Assembly (NCBI GenBank): GCA_044372065.1
Contig: JBILSO010000001.1
Span: 941 to 64,940 of the forward strand
Reading direction: 5' to 3'
From: Candidatus Planktophila sp.
GTDB lineage: Bacteria; Actinomycetota; Actinomycetes; Nanopelagicales; Nanopelagicaceae
Length of the DNA stretch: 64,000 bases
Part shown: positions 62,278 through 64,000 of the stretch, in pieces
How the letters are laid out: every line of letters begins with the position of its first letter
Numbering within the stretch: position 1 is the stretch's first letter
The notes under the pieces: generated by a model
Seen by the model: only the letters and a program-made list of their open reading frames with translations
What the model was told of the DNA's origin: nothing
Databases searched by the model: none
Position numbers and translations under genes: made by a program

Positions 62278-64000
62278 TTATCCCCTCGAACTCGCTTGAG
62301 AAACCCTTACAGTCTCTGCTTTTTTCTCTTCGCGAGCTTTTTTATCTAGTTCAGCCTTGTTCAGCGCAACTGGTAAAACAGCTGTACCTGTCGGTGCGAT
62401 ATGTCTACTCTGGAGAACGAAGGTCATTACTTTCTTGAACACCGGACCACCAAGTGCGCCACCGTAGTGTCCACCCTTAGGAGCTTGAATCGTTACGTTG
62501 ATGACAAAAGCTGGTGCATCAGCAGGAGCAAAACCAATAAAGGAAGCCGTATACCCGCTATAGCATCCGCAATTATCGTCATAGCGCCATGCTGTTCCTG
62601 TCTTTCCAGCAACTCGATATCCAGGGATCGCCGCACTCGGTGCAGTTCCGTGCGAGGAAACAACACTCTCCATCATGATGCGCATCTTGGCTGCAGTTGC
62701 AGCGCTCACAACCTGAATGCCTTTTTCATTTTTGAATTGAGTGAAGTTGCCAGAGGCATCACTTGTTCCTGCAATCACTGTTGGAGAAACTCGAATTCCA
62801 TCATTGGCAAGGGTTGCAAAGATACTTGTTGCCTGCATCGCATTAAGTGAATATCCCTGCCCGAAAGCAACTGTTGGAGCTGTCGTTCCGGACCAATCTT
62901 TGACTGCCAACAAACGTCCCACGTTCTCACCTGGTAGACCAGCACCAGTTTTTGTTCCAATACCAAATTTAGTCAGGTATGAGTGGAGAGTGTCGTTGCT
63001 CATGGTCTCAGCGATTTTAATGGTTCCAGTATTGCTCGAGACCGCCAAGATTCCTGCAGTAGTTAATTTCTGAAGTGGATGGGGTTCGTGATCCTTAAAG
63101 TCTTCACCAGCACGGCGAATCTTGTAAGGGACATCAAAGACAGTTTCTGGAGAAATGGTGCCTTCTTCTAAGGCCGCAGCTAGCGTCATCACCTTTCCAG
63201 TTGATCCAGGCTCATAAACATCCTGGACTGAGGGGTTTCTCATCAATTCAAGAGATACGTTCTTAGTGTTATTTGGATCAAAAGTTGGTGCAGTTGCATG
63301 TGCAAGCACTGCTCCAGTTTTTGGATCCATCACAATCACTGTGCCACTGCTTGCACGTGCACTCTTTACTGCTTCAGCAATGGCTTTGTAGGCAACCCAC
63401 TGGATGTCTCGGTCAATTGTCAGCCTTACAGTCGTTCCAGATTGAGCCGCAACAATTTCTGCTTGTGAGCCAGGAATTTCAGCTCCACGACCTGTTGCAT
63501 ACGAATAAACACCCGGAACTCCTGTGATCGATGAGTTCATACTCAATTCGATACCGGAAGCGCCTAAACCATCTTTACGCACAAATCCTACGAGTGAAGA
63601 AACTAGATTTCCTGAAGGGTATTCACGAATATAGTTTCGTTCCGGAAAAAACCCAACAATTCTTTTGTCATACTCTTTATTGCTCAGAGTTGAATTGTAT
63701 TTTTCAATCGCTAGGGAAAGTCGATTCCATGTACTTGGCTCAGCGCTTTCAAGAACCATGGAGTAGCGCTTATCTCCAGTAATTGCTACGAGGACTTCCT
63801 CTTCAGTGAGACCAAGGATAGGCGCGGCGAATGCTGCCACTCGTGCTTGATCTTTAATCAGCTTTTGATCCACCACAATATTGATTGCCGAGACACTTCG
63901 AGCAAATGCCACCCCGTTAATGTCGGTGATATCTCCTCGAGGTGCTGCGATCACTCGAGTTTTCTGCATTTCATTCGCTGCCTTGAGAGTGTATTCGGCA
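62278..64000 (-). CDS. ftsI: Class B penicillin-binding protein FtsI (5' end lies beyond the window)
   Basis: RGDITD, REYP, EPGSTGK (SxxK), SSN, KTGT. The frame stays open upstream of 63969 to the window edge (AEYTLKAANE-MQK). Confidence 0.95.
   Translation of the reverse strand, partial: AEYTLKAANEMQKTRVIAAPRGDITDINGVAFARSVSAINIVVDQKLIKDQARVAAFAAPILGLTEEEVLVAITGDKRYSMVLESAEPSTWNRLSLAIEKYNSTLSNKEYDKRIVGFFPERNYIREYPSGNLVSSLVGFVRKDGLGASGIELSMNSSITGVPGVYSYATGRGAEIPGSQAEIVAAQSGTTVRLTIDRDIQWVAYKAIAEAVKSARASSGTVIVMDPKTGAVLAHATAPTFDPNNTKNVSLELMRNPSVQDVYEPGSTGKVMTLAAALEEGTISPETVFDVPYKIRRAGEDFKDHEPHPLQKLTTAGILAVSSNTGTIKIAETMSNDTLHSYLTKFGIGTKTGAGLPGENVGRLLAVKDWSGTTAPTVAFGQGYSLNAMQATSIFATLANDGIRVSPTVIAGTSDASGNFTQFKNEKGIQVVSAATAAKMRIMMESVVSSHGTAPSAAIPGYRVAGKTGTAWRYDDNCGCYSGYTASFIGFAPADAPAFVINVTIQAPKGGHYGGALGGPVFKKVMTFVLQSRHIAPTGTAVLPVALNKAELDKKAREEKKAETVRVSQASSRG

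Overview
A densely packed core-genome segment, mostly on the minus strand, from an actinobacterium. G+C looks moderate (near 50% by eye) and most intergenic gaps are 0-30 bp, which fits a streamlined freshwater acI/Nanopelagicales-type genome; that assignment is an inference. Gene order: rapZ (partial), uvrC-uvrA-uvrB, coaE, rpsA, an MFS transporter, polA, a hotdog thioesterase, the livKHMGF ABC transporter, an ANTAR response regulator directly behind a short-variable-arm tRNA-Leu(CAA), pyk, gltDB, VIT1, lgt, a DsbA plus MauE/DoxX pair, trp genes, his genes (with PriA), dnaE, rluD, lspA, a histone-like/DksA fusion, ileS and the dcw cluster (yggT to ftsI, partial). I saw no mobile element, prophage, CRISPR array or defence island, and I cannot claim a clearly new system. 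The best leads are subtle: (1) a translationally coupled MauE(CGC)-DsbA(CPVC) pair that may be a VKOR/DsbB-independent disulfide relay; (2) a basic LivK with no lipobox; (3) divIVA missing from its usual place; (4) a PdtaR-type ORF starting 1 nt after the tRNA discriminator; (5) hisH apparently starting at ATT; (6) a GXHH-motif IleRS2; (7) a miniaturised trp-operon membrane protein; (8) widespread leaderless promoters, some using the upstream stop codon as part of the -10 box. All family calls come from motif recognition by eye, not database searches.
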